Assembly: GCA_020060545.1 (NCBI GenBank)
Contig: JAGUZX010000026.1
Span: 16,788-80,787, forward strand
Reading direction: 5' to 3'
Length of the DNA: 64,000 nt
Source of the DNA: Desulfovibrio sp.
Lineage (GTDB): Bacteria > Bacillota > Dethiobacteria > DTU022
Numbering within the stretch: the stretch's first letter is position 1; each line of letters opens with the position of its first letter. Below are positions 9,348 to 18,796 of the stretch, in pieces. A model generated the notes under the pieces. It was not told the origin of the DNA, made no database searches, and worked only from the letters and a program-made list of their open reading frames with translations. The position numbers were made by a program, and so were the translations under genes.

Positions 9348-10472
9348 ATGCCTGAAAAAAAGGAAGAAGAAGTAGTATCGCTGGCCCGGTGCACCCGTTA
9401 CCAACCTGAGGCTGTCCGTGAAAGCCTGGAGCAGCTTTTAAGGCCATGGGGTGGAATCGGCAGCTTTGTCAAGCCGGGGAAAAAGGTTCTCCTGAAGCCG
9501 AACCTGCTTACAGCGGCGGCTCCGGAGGAGGCGGTCACAACGCATCCCGTGGCGCTCCGCGTCCTGGCGGAAATGGCCCTGGAAGCCGGGGGTGAAGTCT
9601 ATATCGGCGACAGTTCCGGCAGCGGCCCCCCGGAGCGCGTGCTGCGGGTAACCGGAGTTCGGGAGGTGCTTCAGGAAACCGGAGCGAAACTGCTCCTTTT
9701 CGACGAAGTCAAGCCGGCCCGCTTCCAGGGAAAGAAGACACGCACGCTTCCCCTGGCGCGGGCCCTGGAAGAAGTGGATTTGGTTATAAACGCCGGCAAA
9801 TTGAAAACCCATACGTTAACCGGCTTGACTGCGGCCGTTAAAAACATGTACGGGTGTGTCGTGGACAAACACAAGGGGCGGCTTCATTTTGAACACCCCC
9901 TGCCGATGGACTTTGCCCACCTTCTGCTGGATATTTACCTGGCGGTAAAACCCGGTTTATCGATTATCGATGCGGTGATCGCCATGGAGGGGGTAGGACC
10001 GCGCAATGGGAGGCCCCGCGCGGTAGGGCTGCTGATGGCCGCCACCAACGGCATCGCTCTTGATTGTGTGGCCGCTGCCATAACCGGTTTTCAACCGGGA
10101 CAGGTGACCACAACCGCCGCCGCCCGCCGTCGCAAACTGCCCGGCTCGGATCTTTCACAAATCCGGGTGGAGGGGATTCCGCTAGCTGAAGCGGCAATCC
10201 GCGATTTCGACCGGGGCGCCGTAAACGCAGGTTACGCCGGCAAAGCATGGGCGTACGTCTTTGCCAGGTCACGACTGCTGCAACGGCGGCGCCCTTCGCC
10301 TGTGGTTATCCCTGAAAAGTGCGCCGGATGCGCTGTCTGCCTGGAGCATTGCCCGCCCCAGATTATCCGTCTTCAAGATAATATTGCCGTGATCGAACGC
10401 TCACGCTGCATCCGCTGTTACTGCTGCCAGGAACTGTGTGCTCATGGGGCGATAGAGTTATTTCCCCGGTAA
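9348..10472 (+). CDS. DUF362-domain iron-sulfur protein with C-terminal 2x[4Fe-4S] ferredoxin domain
   Basis: 374 aa; DUF362-like N-terminal region; two CxxCxxCxxxCP motifs at C-terminus (CAGCAVCLEHCP, CIRCYCCQELCAHG). Confidence 0.7.
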   Translation: MPEKKEEEVVSLARCTRYQPEAVRESLEQLLRPWGGIGSFVKPGKKVLLKPNLLTAAAPEEAVTTHPVALRVLAEMALEAGGEVYIGDSSGSGPPERVLRVTGVREVLQETGAKLLLFDEVKPARFQGKKTRTLPLARALEEVDLVINAGKLKTHTLTGLTAAVKNMYGCVVDKHKGRLHFEHPLPMDFAHLLLDIYLAVKPGLSIIDAVIAMEGVGPRNGRPRAVGLLMAATNGIALDCVAAAITGFQPGQVTTTAAARRRKLPGSDLSQIRVEGIPLAEAAIRDFDRGAVNAGYAGKAWAYVFARSRLLQRRRPSPVVIPEKCAGCAVCLEHCPPQIIRLQDNIAVIERSRCIRCYCCQELCAHGAIELFPR

Positions 10473-10522
10473 GCGCAAAAACCGCCAGAAAAACAAAAAA
10501 TTCGCAATGAGGGGGATGCCGC

Positions 10523-10732
10523 ATGGCCAAAAAAAGGTTCAACCTGGTTTTCATTCCCGAGCGCTGCAAGGAATGCGGCATCTGCATTGCTTTTTGCCCT
10601 CGCCAGAATCTACAGGCAGGAGAGGACGGGAGGCCCGAGCTGATTGATCCGGAAAACTGCAGCGGATGCGGGCAGTGTGAGCTTTACTGTCCTGATTTTG
10701 CGATCCGGGTGGAAGAGGAAGAAAATAATTGA
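10523..10732 (+). CDS. small 2x[4Fe-4S] dicluster ferredoxin
   Basis: 69 aa; CKECGICIAFCP and CSGCGQCELYCP motifs. Confidence 0.7.
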   Translation: MAKKRFNLVFIPERCKECGICIAFCPRQNLQAGEDGRPELIDPENCSGCGQCELYCPDFAIRVEEEENN

Positions 10733-10753
10733 TCCGGCAGAGGAGGCGCCGTT

Positions 10754-11527
10754 TCAGCGCCCTTCGGGGATGGCGGCCCTGGCAATAAGAGACATGGCCC
10801 GGCCTACTTTTTCCGCCCACTGGGGGTCCGAAGCGTACCTGACCCCGATCGCAACCAGGTTATCGCCGCTGTAATTGCGGCCCCACCGGCTTAAATAGCT
10901 GTTGCTGAGCAGTTGGGCCGCGTAATAAATACTATCGTCTTTCGTAGAAAAAGTATACGCGTAAAGGATCGGGTTACCGTCAAAAGCGCCCAATCCGAAA
11001 AGATTGTTCTTCTCCCGGGCGATCCTGGACATGCCGCCGGCGCTCTCAAGGTAAGCGATGGAAGCCAGGGCCAGGCTGTTAATGCCGTAGATCTCTTCGG
11101 CCCGTACCAGTGCCGCCCCGGTTCCTCTTAACCCGTGCGCCCCCAATCTTACCCACGCTCTTTCGTACTGCTTGGCGGTGAAGCTGGATATCGACAGGAC
11201 GGGCATGGTTGAACCGGACAGAGCAACCGCGTTACAGTAAGTTTGGCGCTGGTTAAAGAGCAGCTGCTCCAACTGCTCGTTTCTTTTTTCAACGGTTTCG
11301 ATCCGCTGCAGCGCTTCGTCCAGTTCAAATTTCAGTTCCCGGTTCGCTTTGTTGGTCTCTCTCAGTTCGCGAGCGGTATGCTCGTAAAGAAAGGTTAGAT
11401 CGTCAAGGTGATGCAAAAGAAGATCCAATTTCTCCTGCTGCAGTGCTGCCTGGTGCTGGAGATAGTTTACTCCGCCAACGATCAGAGCAGAAACGATCAG
11501 GAATTTCAAAGTATTTAAACGCGGCAT
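10754..11527 (-). CDS. membrane-anchored coiled-coil protein with C-terminal glucosaminidase (FlgJ/LytD-like) domain
   Basis: Start trimmed to MPRLNTLKFLIVSALIVGG (ATG 11527, GGAGGAG RBS); central heptad coiled coil; C-terminal NNLFGLGAFD motif typical of mannosyl-glycoprotein endo-beta-N-acetylglucosaminidase domain. Confidence 0.55.
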   Translation of the reverse strand: MPRLNTLKFLIVSALIVGGVNYLQHQAALQQEKLDLLLHHLDDLTFLYEHTARELRETNKANRELKFELDEALQRIETVEKRNEQLEQLLFNQRQTYCNAVALSGSTMPVLSISSFTAKQYERAWVRLGAHGLRGTGAALVRAEEIYGINSLALASIAYLESAGGMSRIAREKNNLFGLGAFDGNPILYAYTFSTKDDSIYYAAQLLSNSYLSRWGRNYSGDNLVAIGVRYASDPQWAEKVGRAMSLIARAAIPEGR

Positions 11528-11768
11528 GAAACAGTCTCCTCCCGCTTTGAACAGCACCATCAGGCAGACTTGCCAAATATAAGATTTTTCGACATAAGCT
11601 GAGAATTTCCTGCTAAAAAAGGTACTGCAAACGGTGTCCGAGGTTAACACATAACCTTGCATCAAAAGAGCTGTCCCTCAGGTCGTTGAGAGAGAGGGCC
11701 AAAGAGGTCAGGGGAGGGATAAAATCAAGAGAAGGATGAATTATAATTGGGGACGGGCTTAATAAAAC

Positions 11769-11805
11769 CGGGGACGGACCTGAAAGCACAGGTCCGTCCC
11801 CCTTT
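11769..11805 (-). terminator. rho-independent terminator downstream of uspA (hairpin is bidirectional)
   Basis: GGGGACGGACCTG-aaagca-CAGGTCCGTCCCC with T-rich flank on both strands. Confidence 0.5.
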
Positions 11806-11876
11806 TAGGACCGAACCGTATCGCACCGGCCCGCCCGCATCGGAACTGGAAGGTTGAAACCGCTCAACTGGCGCAG

Positions 11877-12311
11877 TTATTTGACAATCAAAATGTTCTC
11901 TTTAATGCAATGGACCACGGCATTGCTGACACTTCCGAGGAGCATCTCTTTAACTCCTCCCAGGCCCCTGCTTCCGAGAATAACCAGGTCATATTTATCC
12001 TGATCAGCGATAGCGCAAATTATATTTGACGGGTGACCTTTTTCCATTCTCGTCGTTACCGCAATCCCCTTATCGCGGAAAGCCTGTGCCGCTTTTTCCA
12101 AAATCTTGTGCCCCGCATTTTCTATCTTTTCCTCAGTTTTTCTGTAAGCGGCAAAGAAATCATAACCGATCTGGGGGTTGCCCTCGATCACATAGAGGAC
12201 GGTTACTTCGGCTTTTAACGCATCCGCCAGTTTAATGGTTTGACCGGTCGTTTTTTGAGAATGTTCTGAACCGTCTGTCGCCATCAGTATGCGAAACATG
12301 TCCAAAAACAC
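11877..12311 (-). CDS. universal stress protein (UspA family)
   Basis: 144 aa; UspA fold motifs (ILMATDGSEHS…, VILGSRGLGG…). Confidence 0.75.
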   Translation of the reverse strand: MFLDMFRILMATDGSEHSQKTTGQTIKLADALKAEVTVLYVIEGNPQIGYDFFAAYRKTEEKIENAGHKILEKAAQAFRDKGIAVTTRMEKGHPSNIICAIADQDKYDLVILGSRGLGGVKEMLLGSVSNAVVHCIKENILIVK

Positions 12312-12592
12312 ATCCTTTCAGTTTTTGATTTTTTGCCGGAAGGATTGTCTGTTTCTGATTATATTTTACCTAAAATAAACTCGTAATGCAATATTTTGCT
12401 GAGGTTGCTCCGGATCTGCTTTTATTGCCGCTTTTCACGCAGGGCGATTCGGCCGTGGCCTGTCCGGTAAGATCTATTTCCAGGGCTGTTAATCGCGACC
12501 ATATTTTTATGCGCGGCGACCGAAAAATGCTCCTTCACCAGACATCATTTAAAGCCGTGATCATCTTGAACTGCAATTTATTGATAGTGGTA

Positions 12593-12607
12593 ATTATCTG
12601 GTATAAT
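12593..12607 (+). promoter_or_regulatory. extended -10 promoter (TGgTATAAT) for miaB
   Basis: CTGGTATAAT 17-23 nt upstream of GGGAGGAG RBS and TTG start. Confidence 0.4.
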
Positions 12608-12624
12608 AAGGACAGGGAGGAGAT

Positions 12625-13980
12625 TTGCCCTTGCACGATTATACAAACTACAGCCACCTTGGCGAAGGAAAGAAGTATTTTACGGTAACTTTCGGCTGCC
12701 AGATGAACGAACACGACTCCGAGGTGCTGGCGGGAATCCTGGAGAGCATCGGCTACTCAACCGCCTTAAGCCCCGAGGAGGCGGACCTGATCGTGATCAA
12801 TACCTGCGCCGTGCGGCAAAAACCGGAAGAGAAGGTTGCCGGCCTGCTGGGTAAGCTGAAAACTCTCAAGGAGCAGAAGAAAGATCTGCTTATCGCCGTG
12901 GGCGGCTGCATGACGCAGCAGGCAGAAGCCGCAGCCTACGTCAAGAAACGCTTTCGCCATGTCGACTTGGTCTTCGGGACGCATTCACTGCCCCGTTTTC
13001 CCGAGCTCCTGAAACAGGCCGGGCGCAAGCGGGGTACGATCGTCGATATCGAGGAGTACCCGGACAGCCGCGAAGGGCTGCCCGCCCGCCGCGCCGGGCG
13101 CTTCCACGCCTGGCTGCCGGTTATCTACGGGTGCGACAACTTTTGTTCCTACTGCGTGGTGCCATATGTGCGGGGGAGAGAGCGCAGCCGCTCCATGGAG
13201 GAAGTCCTTGGCGAGGCGCGCTCACTGGCCGAACAAGGCTACCTTGAGCTGACCCTGCTGGGCCAGAATGTCAATTCGTATGGATTGGACCGCGCCAATA
13301 GCTACGACTTTGCCGATTTACTGACGAGGTTGGACCGGGTAAAAGGGCTGGCCCGGATCCGGTTTATGACTTCTCATCCCAAGGACTTGTCAGCGCGCCT
13401 GATTAAGGCGGTAAGCCGGGGCGAAAAGATCTGCGAGCACTTCCATCTTCCGGTGCAGTCCGGCAGCAACTTCATTTTGGAGAATATGAACCGGCAATAC
13501 ACCAGGGAGCGCTACCTGGAGCTGCTGCGCGCGATCAGGGAGGCTGTGCCGGGCGTGGCCGTAACCACCGATCTGATCGTCGGTTTTCCGGGGGAAACCG
13601 ATCGCGATTTTGCCCTGACGCTGGAGCTGGTGGAGCAGGCCCGTTTCGACAACGCCTTTATTTTTATATACTCGCCTCGCAAGGGGACCAGGGCGGCGGA
13701 GATGGAGGATACCCTGCCCCGCTCCGTCAAGGAGGAGCGGCTGCAGCAGCTAGCAAAAGTCCAAAGCCGGATCAGCCTGGAGATAAACCAGGCTCTGGAG
13801 GGTTCCACGGTGGAGCTTCTGGGCGAAGGAGCCAGCAAAAGCAACCCGGCGATGCAGACGGGGCGGACCCGCTCCAACAAGCTGGTCCACTTTCCCGCGG
13901 CGGAAGAGCTGACGGGAAAATTGTTTACTGTGGAGATTACGGAAGCCAGAACCTGGAACTTGTTCGGGAAAAAGGTTTGA
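12625..13980 (+). CDS. miaB: tRNA-2-methylthio-N6-dimethylallyladenosine synthase (radical SAM methylthiotransferase)
   Basis: UPF0004 domain (FGCQMNEHDSE), radical-SAM CxxxCxxC (CDNFCSYC), C-terminal TRAM domain; TTG start (12625 or more likely 12631 given RBS spacing). Confidence 0.85.
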   Translation: MPLHDYTNYSHLGEGKKYFTVTFGCQMNEHDSEVLAGILESIGYSTALSPEEADLIVINTCAVRQKPEEKVAGLLGKLKTLKEQKKDLLIAVGGCMTQQAEAAAYVKKRFRHVDLVFGTHSLPRFPELLKQAGRKRGTIVDIEEYPDSREGLPARRAGRFHAWLPVIYGCDNFCSYCVVPYVRGRERSRSMEEVLGEARSLAEQGYLELTLLGQNVNSYGLDRANSYDFADLLTRLDRVKGLARIRFMTSHPKDLSARLIKAVSRGEKICEHFHLPVQSGSNFILENMNRQYTRERYLELLRAIREAVPGVAVTTDLIVGFPGETDRDFALTLELVEQARFDNAFIFIYSPRKGTRAAEMEDTLPRSVKEERLQQLAKVQSRISLEINQALEGSTVELLGEGASKSNPAMQTGRTRSNKLVHFPAAEELTGKLFTVEITEARTWNLFGKKV

Positions 13981-14008
13981 CTTACCGTAAACGGGAAGGA
14001 GGTGGGGC

Positions 14009-16063
14009 GTGATGAACGTTCTCCGGGAAACCCGCCGCCCAAAGCTGCCGGGCGTGATTATGGCGGGCGTTCTTGCAGCGGCTTTCGCCGTGGCACTGTC
14101 TGCGGGAGGCTGCCGGGGCGCCGGTGAAAGGCCGGAAACGGTGGCGGAAGCCTTTTTGCAAGCCTGGATCGCCGGTGAATACGGCGTGATGTACGATCTC
14201 CTGGATCAAACCTCCCGGGGAAAATATGATTGGGAGTATTTTCACGGACGCTACACCGGCATCAGCAGCGGAATCGGCCTTCAAGACGTAAATTACACTC
14301 TCGGCGAGCGGCGGGAAAACGGCGAACGAAATCGAACCCGCATTGCTTTTGAGGCCAACCTTTTTACCTATACCGTGGGTGCGATTAAGATCCAAAATTC
14401 GATCACCCTGACCCGTGCAGACTGGCGCTTGCCCTGGCGGGTGGAATGGCATCCGGGGCTGATCTTCCCCGAGCTGACGGGCAACCGGAAGGTAAGCCTG
14501 CACCGGGAGGCGCCGCGGCGGGGTTCCATTTTTGACCGCCACGGGCGCCCCCTGGCCGAATACCGCACCTTTAAAGAAGTTGGCGTTGTCCCCGGGCGTT
14601 ACAGTGACCGGGAAGGCCTGGTCAGGGCGGTGGCTGCGCTTCTGGAAATCCCGCCCCGGTCGATCGAAGAAAAGCTTAACCAGCCGTGGGTTAAAGAAGG
14701 GCTCTATGTTCCCCTGGCCGTCCTCGCCCCGGAACAGGAAACCTTGCTGCCGGAACTGCTGCGGATCCAGGGGGTAAAAATAAACAACGTCGAACGCCGC
14801 TATTATCCCGCCGGAAAAATGCTGGCCCACGTGATCGGCTACCTGGGGGAGTTGACGGCGGAAGAGCTGTCCGAAAAGAAGGAATTTGGTTACTATTCAG
14901 GAGACGCGGCCGGCAAACTGGGCCTGGAAGCGGCCCTGGAACATGTTTTAGGCGGACAGTTTGGCTTCACCTTGCGCATTATGGAAGAAGACGGCAGCGA
15001 TGCCGCCATTATTGCCTCCCGGGAGTTGAAGCAGGGGGAAGATGTGATCTTAACGATTGATCTGGACTTGCAGCAAGCCGCAGAAGAGGCGCTGGCCGGG
15101 AAAATTGGCGCCGTCGTGGCCATGGAGCCCGCTACCGGTGAACTCCTCGCCCTGGCCAGCAGCCCCGGTTTCGATCCGAACTGGTTTACGAAGGGCCTTT
15201 CAACCGAACAGTGGCAGGCTCTTCTTGCAGATCCCGCCCGCCCGTTTCTTAACCGGGCCATCTGGGGACTTTACCCGCCCGGCTCGACCTTTAAAGCTTT
15301 GACGGCCGCCGCCGCGCTGGATGCAGGCGTCCTCGATCCGGCGGAGAAGGTGCGCATCGAAGGGGAAGGCTGGCAGCTTTCACCGGCCTGGGGCGGCTAC
15401 CAGGTGAAGAGGGTGTACTCAAACCGGACCCTGTTGGACCTGGATGAAGCGATGCGTTTTTCCGACAATATCTATTTTGCCCGGGTCGGGCTGGTTCTCG
15501 GCCCCGCTCTATTTGAAAGCTACGGCGATCGCTTCGGGTTTGGCGAAAAGATCCCTTTTGAGCTTCCGGTTGCGGTCTCCCGCCTTTCCAAAAACGGGAT
15601 CAATACGGAGATCCTGCTTGCAGACAGCAGTTTCGGCCAGGGAGAGATCATAATGACACCGCTGCATCTGACCCTGGTCTACTGCGCATTCGCCGGGGCC
15701 GGCAGGATGCCGCTGCCCCGGTTGTGGTTTTCCGGCGAACCCGCTCCCGCGCCATGGAAGGAGGCGGTGATCAGCCCGGCTACCGCCGGGGTTGTGCATC
15801 GCGCCCTGATCAACGCCGTTAGCGGCGCGGAAGCGCCAACCGCAGGCACCGCCGCCGGTTTTACCGCTGCCGGAAAAACAGGCACCGCGCAAGTTGAACT
15901 TGGCGGCGGGAATATCTGCTGGTACATTACCTATGCTCCCGCCGGGGCGCCTCAAATTGTTGTCACGGTGCTGGTAGAAGGCGGCGGCTGGGCCGCTCAG
16001 GACGCCCTGCCGCTGGGCCGGGCGGTGCTGGAATCTTATTTTCAAGAGAAAGCGGACCGGTGA
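14009..16063 (+). CDS. penicillin-binding protein (class B transpeptidase) with NTF2-like N-terminal domain, probable lipoprotein
   Basis: 684 aa; signal/lipobox-like N-terminus, transpeptidase motifs STFK (…PPGSTFKALT…), SDN (…FSDNIYF…), KTGT (…AAGKTGTAQ…). Confidence 0.8.
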   Translation: MMNVLRETRRPKLPGVIMAGVLAAAFAVALSAGGCRGAGERPETVAEAFLQAWIAGEYGVMYDLLDQTSRGKYDWEYFHGRYTGISSGIGLQDVNYTLGERRENGERNRTRIAFEANLFTYTVGAIKIQNSITLTRADWRLPWRVEWHPGLIFPELTGNRKVSLHREAPRRGSIFDRHGRPLAEYRTFKEVGVVPGRYSDREGLVRAVAALLEIPPRSIEEKLNQPWVKEGLYVPLAVLAPEQETLLPELLRIQGVKINNVERRYYPAGKMLAHVIGYLGELTAEELSEKKEFGYYSGDAAGKLGLEAALEHVLGGQFGFTLRIMEEDGSDAAIIASRELKQGEDVILTIDLDLQQAAEEALAGKIGAVVAMEPATGELLALASSPGFDPNWFTKGLSTEQWQALLADPARPFLNRAIWGLYPPGSTFKALTAAAALDAGVLDPAEKVRIEGEGWQLSPAWGGYQVKRVYSNRTLLDLDEAMRFSDNIYFARVGLVLGPALFESYGDRFGFGEKIPFELPVAVSRLSKNGINTEILLADSSFGQGEIIMTPLHLTLVYCAFAGAGRMPLPRLWFSGEPAPAPWKEAVISPATAGVVHRALINAVSGAEAPTAGTAAGFTAAGKTGTAQVELGGGNICWYITYAPAGAPQIVVTVLVEGGGWAAQDALPLGRAVLESYFQEKADR

Positions 16064-16132
16064 CGGGCAAAGCACCCCGGGCCCCGGTTAAAACAACCAC
16101 CGCCGGATCGGCAGTAGCGCTCAACTGGAGCG

Positions 16133-18796
16133 GTGAAAGAGGTGATCATCCTGGACAAGGTATCCCCGATGATGGAGCAGTATCTCGCGATCAAGGCGGA
16201 ACACCCCGATAAAATCGTCTTCTTCCAGGTTGGGGACTTTTACGAGATCTTTTTTGAAGACGCCCCCGTCGCCGCCCGGGAGATGGAGATCGTCCTTACC
16301 ACCAGGGATGCAAACAAGGAAAACCCGATCCCTCTGGCAGGGGTGCCAATCCATGCCGCGGAGGGCTACCTGAACAAGCTCCTGGCCAAGGGCTATAAAA
16401 TTGTGATCTGCGACCAGGTGGAAGAGGCGGCCCTGGCCAAGGGGCTGGTCCGCCGCGCGGTGACGCGCATCCTCACGCCGGGGACCGTTACCGACCCGGA
16501 AATGCTCGAGGAAGGAAGAAACAATTACCTGGCCGTCCTGATTGGTGGCGCCGAAGGCTCCTTCGGCCTGGCGGCGGTGGATGTATCCACGGGAGATTTC
16601 CGAATCACTGAATGGAACGGTTTGGGGTCCTGGGACAACGCCGCCGACGAGCTTCGCCTGCTGCAACCGGCCGAATGTATCTGCGCCCCGGTAGAACTGG
16701 TGGAGCGGGTGCGCCTTTTGATGAATCAAAAAAATTCCCGCCTGGTGGAGGCGGTGGAGCCTCCCGCGTCGCCGGAACGGGTCCGGGCGGCGCTCACGGC
16801 GCAGTGGGGTGAAGAGCGCTGGGAAGCCCTTGCTCTGTCCCGCTTTCCGCTCGCGGCGGCCGCCGCGGCAACAGCCCTGCTCTACCTGACAGAGCTGCAT
16901 TACACGCCGGAGAGCAAGCTTTTTCATACCCTGGAGCTTTATTTCCCCGGGGCCGGCATGGCTGTCGACAGCGTGACCCGCCGCAATCTGGAGCTTACTC
17001 AGACTATTAGAGACGGGGCCAAGCAGGGAAGCCTTCTCGGGCTGCTGGACAGGTGCATGAACGCTATGGGCCGGCGGCTGATCCGACGCTGGATCGAACA
17101 ACCTTTGCGTGAGGCCGCTTTAATTGAAGAAAGGCTGGAGGCTGTGGAAGAGCTGCTTAAAACCCCGCTCCGGCGACGTGAGCTGCGCGCCCTGCTGCGC
17201 CAGCTGATCGACCTGGAACGTTTTTGCAGCCGTCTCTGCTACCGGCGTGTCACTGCACGGGAGATCGTTTCCCTCAAAAACTCGCTGTTGCTGCTGGAAC
17301 CGCTTCAAGCCGCTCTCTCCGCATTCCATTCCGCTCTGCTGCAGGGTGTTCGCAGGCTGCCCGATTGCGCGGGGTTAATCGCGCTGATCCAGGACGCCCT
17401 GGTCGACGATCCGCCCCAGGCGCTGCGGGAAGGCGGCCTGTTCCGGCCCGGCTACCACCCGGAGGTGGATCGATTGAGCCGGCTTTCCCGGGAGGGCCGG
17501 AGCAGGCTCCTGGAATTTGAACAGAAAGAGCGGCAGCGCACCGGGATTAAATCGCTCCGGGTAGGCTACAACCGCAATTTCGGCTACTATATCGAGGTGA
17601 CCCGGAACAATCTGGAGCTTGTCCCCCCCGAATACTTCCGCCGGCAAACACTGGTGAACGCGGAACGCTTTATCACAGACGAGCTGCGCGAGATGGAGGA
17701 GCAAATTACCGGCGCCCGGGACAGGCTGGCCGAGCTCGAGTACGAGCTTTTTGAAACGCTGCGCGGCAAAGTGGCGGCGCAGGCGCCCCTTTTGCAGGCC
17801 GCCGCCCGGGAGCTGGCCCGCCTGGATTGCCTCCAGAGTCTGGCCGAAGCGGCCGAGCGCCATCGTTACCGCCGCCCGCATTTCGCAAAAGACGGGTCCC
17901 TGCGCATAGTCAAAGGCCGCCACCCGGTGGTGGAGCAGCTTGCCGGAGAGCGGTTCGTGCCCAACGATATTTTCATGGACGACCGGCAGTTTGTCCTGGT
18001 CATTACCGGACCGAACATGGCCGGTAAAAGCACTTATATCCGCAGCGTTGCCTTAATCTGCCTGATGGCGCAGATCGGCAGCTTTGTCCCGGCGGATGAG
18101 GCCGATTTGCCGATCCTGGACCGGATCTTTGCCCGGGTGGGCGCGAGCGACGATCTCAGCCGCGGCTACAGTACCTTCATGGTTGAAATGCAGGAGACCG
18201 CCACCATCTTGCGGGATGCCACTGCCCGCAGCCTGCTGGTCCTGGACGAAATCGGCCGGGGCACCAGCACCTACGACGGCATGAGCATCGCCCGCAGCGT
18301 CCTGGAATATATCGGCACCGCCATTGGAGCGAAAACCCTCTTTTCAACACATTACCACGAGTTGACCAACCTGGAGGGAGAGCTGCCGGGGGTCAAAAAT
18401 TACACTATGGCGGTAAAGGAAAAAGGGAAAGAGGTAATCTTCCTGCGCCGGGTTGTCCCCGGACGCTCCGACAAAAGCTACGGGGTTAATGTGGCCAGGC
18501 TGGCCGGGCTTCCCCCGGCGGTAATCGTCCGGGCCGAGGCGATCCTGGCTGAAATGGAAGTGGCCGCTTCCGCGGTCCGGGAAAGGCAGTTGAGCCTGCT
18601 GCCGCTTGTATATTTTCCTACCCCTGACTACAACCGGCAGAAAGAGCTCCTGGCGGAACTGAGGGAGCTTGACCTGAACCGCTTTACCCCCTTGGAAGCC
18701 TTGCAGCAACTTTACCGGATGCAAAAAAAGCTTGACGAAGACACCACAGCGGGAGCGGAAAACCCGGGTGGAGAGGAGGCCGCTGATGGCGATTAA
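16133..18796 (+). CDS. mutS: DNA mismatch repair protein MutS
   Basis: 887 aa; N-terminal …SPMMEQYLAIKAEHPD…, Walker A GPNMAGKST, ABC signature; exact start uncertain (GTG 16133/16142). Confidence 0.9.
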   Translation: MKEVIILDKVSPMMEQYLAIKAEHPDKIVFFQVGDFYEIFFEDAPVAAREMEIVLTTRDANKENPIPLAGVPIHAAEGYLNKLLAKGYKIVICDQVEEAALAKGLVRRAVTRILTPGTVTDPEMLEEGRNNYLAVLIGGAEGSFGLAAVDVSTGDFRITEWNGLGSWDNAADELRLLQPAECICAPVELVERVRLLMNQKNSRLVEAVEPPASPERVRAALTAQWGEERWEALALSRFPLAAAAAATALLYLTELHYTPESKLFHTLELYFPGAGMAVDSVTRRNLELTQTIRDGAKQGSLLGLLDRCMNAMGRRLIRRWIEQPLREAALIEERLEAVEELLKTPLRRRELRALLRQLIDLERFCSRLCYRRVTAREIVSLKNSLLLLEPLQAALSAFHSALLQGVRRLPDCAGLIALIQDALVDDPPQALREGGLFRPGYHPEVDRLSRLSREGRSRLLEFEQKERQRTGIKSLRVGYNRNFGYYIEVTRNNLELVPPEYFRRQTLVNAERFITDELREMEEQITGARDRLAELEYELFETLRGKVAAQAPLLQAAARELARLDCLQSLAEAAERHRYRRPHFAKDGSLRIVKGRHPVVEQLAGERFVPNDIFMDDRQFVLVITGPNMAGKSTYIRSVALICLMAQIGSFVPADEADLPILDRIFARVGASDDLSRGYSTFMVEMQETATILRDATARSLLVLDEIGRGTSTYDGMSIARSVLEYIGTAIGAKTLFSTHYHELTNLEGELPGVKNYTMAVKEKGKEVIFLRRVVPGRSDKSYGVNVARLAGLPPAVIVRAEAILAEMEVAASAVRERQLSLLPLVYFPTPDYNRQKELLAELRELDLNRFTPLEALQQLYRMQKKLDEDTTAGAENPGGEEAADGD

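Noticed and set aside
12386-12688. 100-aa ORF in miaB leader overlapping miaB start
   Set aside because: AT-rich leader ORF with no RBS, overlaps promoter and true miaB start.
16121-17101. 326-aa minus-strand ORF antisense to mutS
   Set aside because: Embedded in mutS; Pro/Gly/Arg-rich low-complexity translation typical of GC-rich antisense frames.
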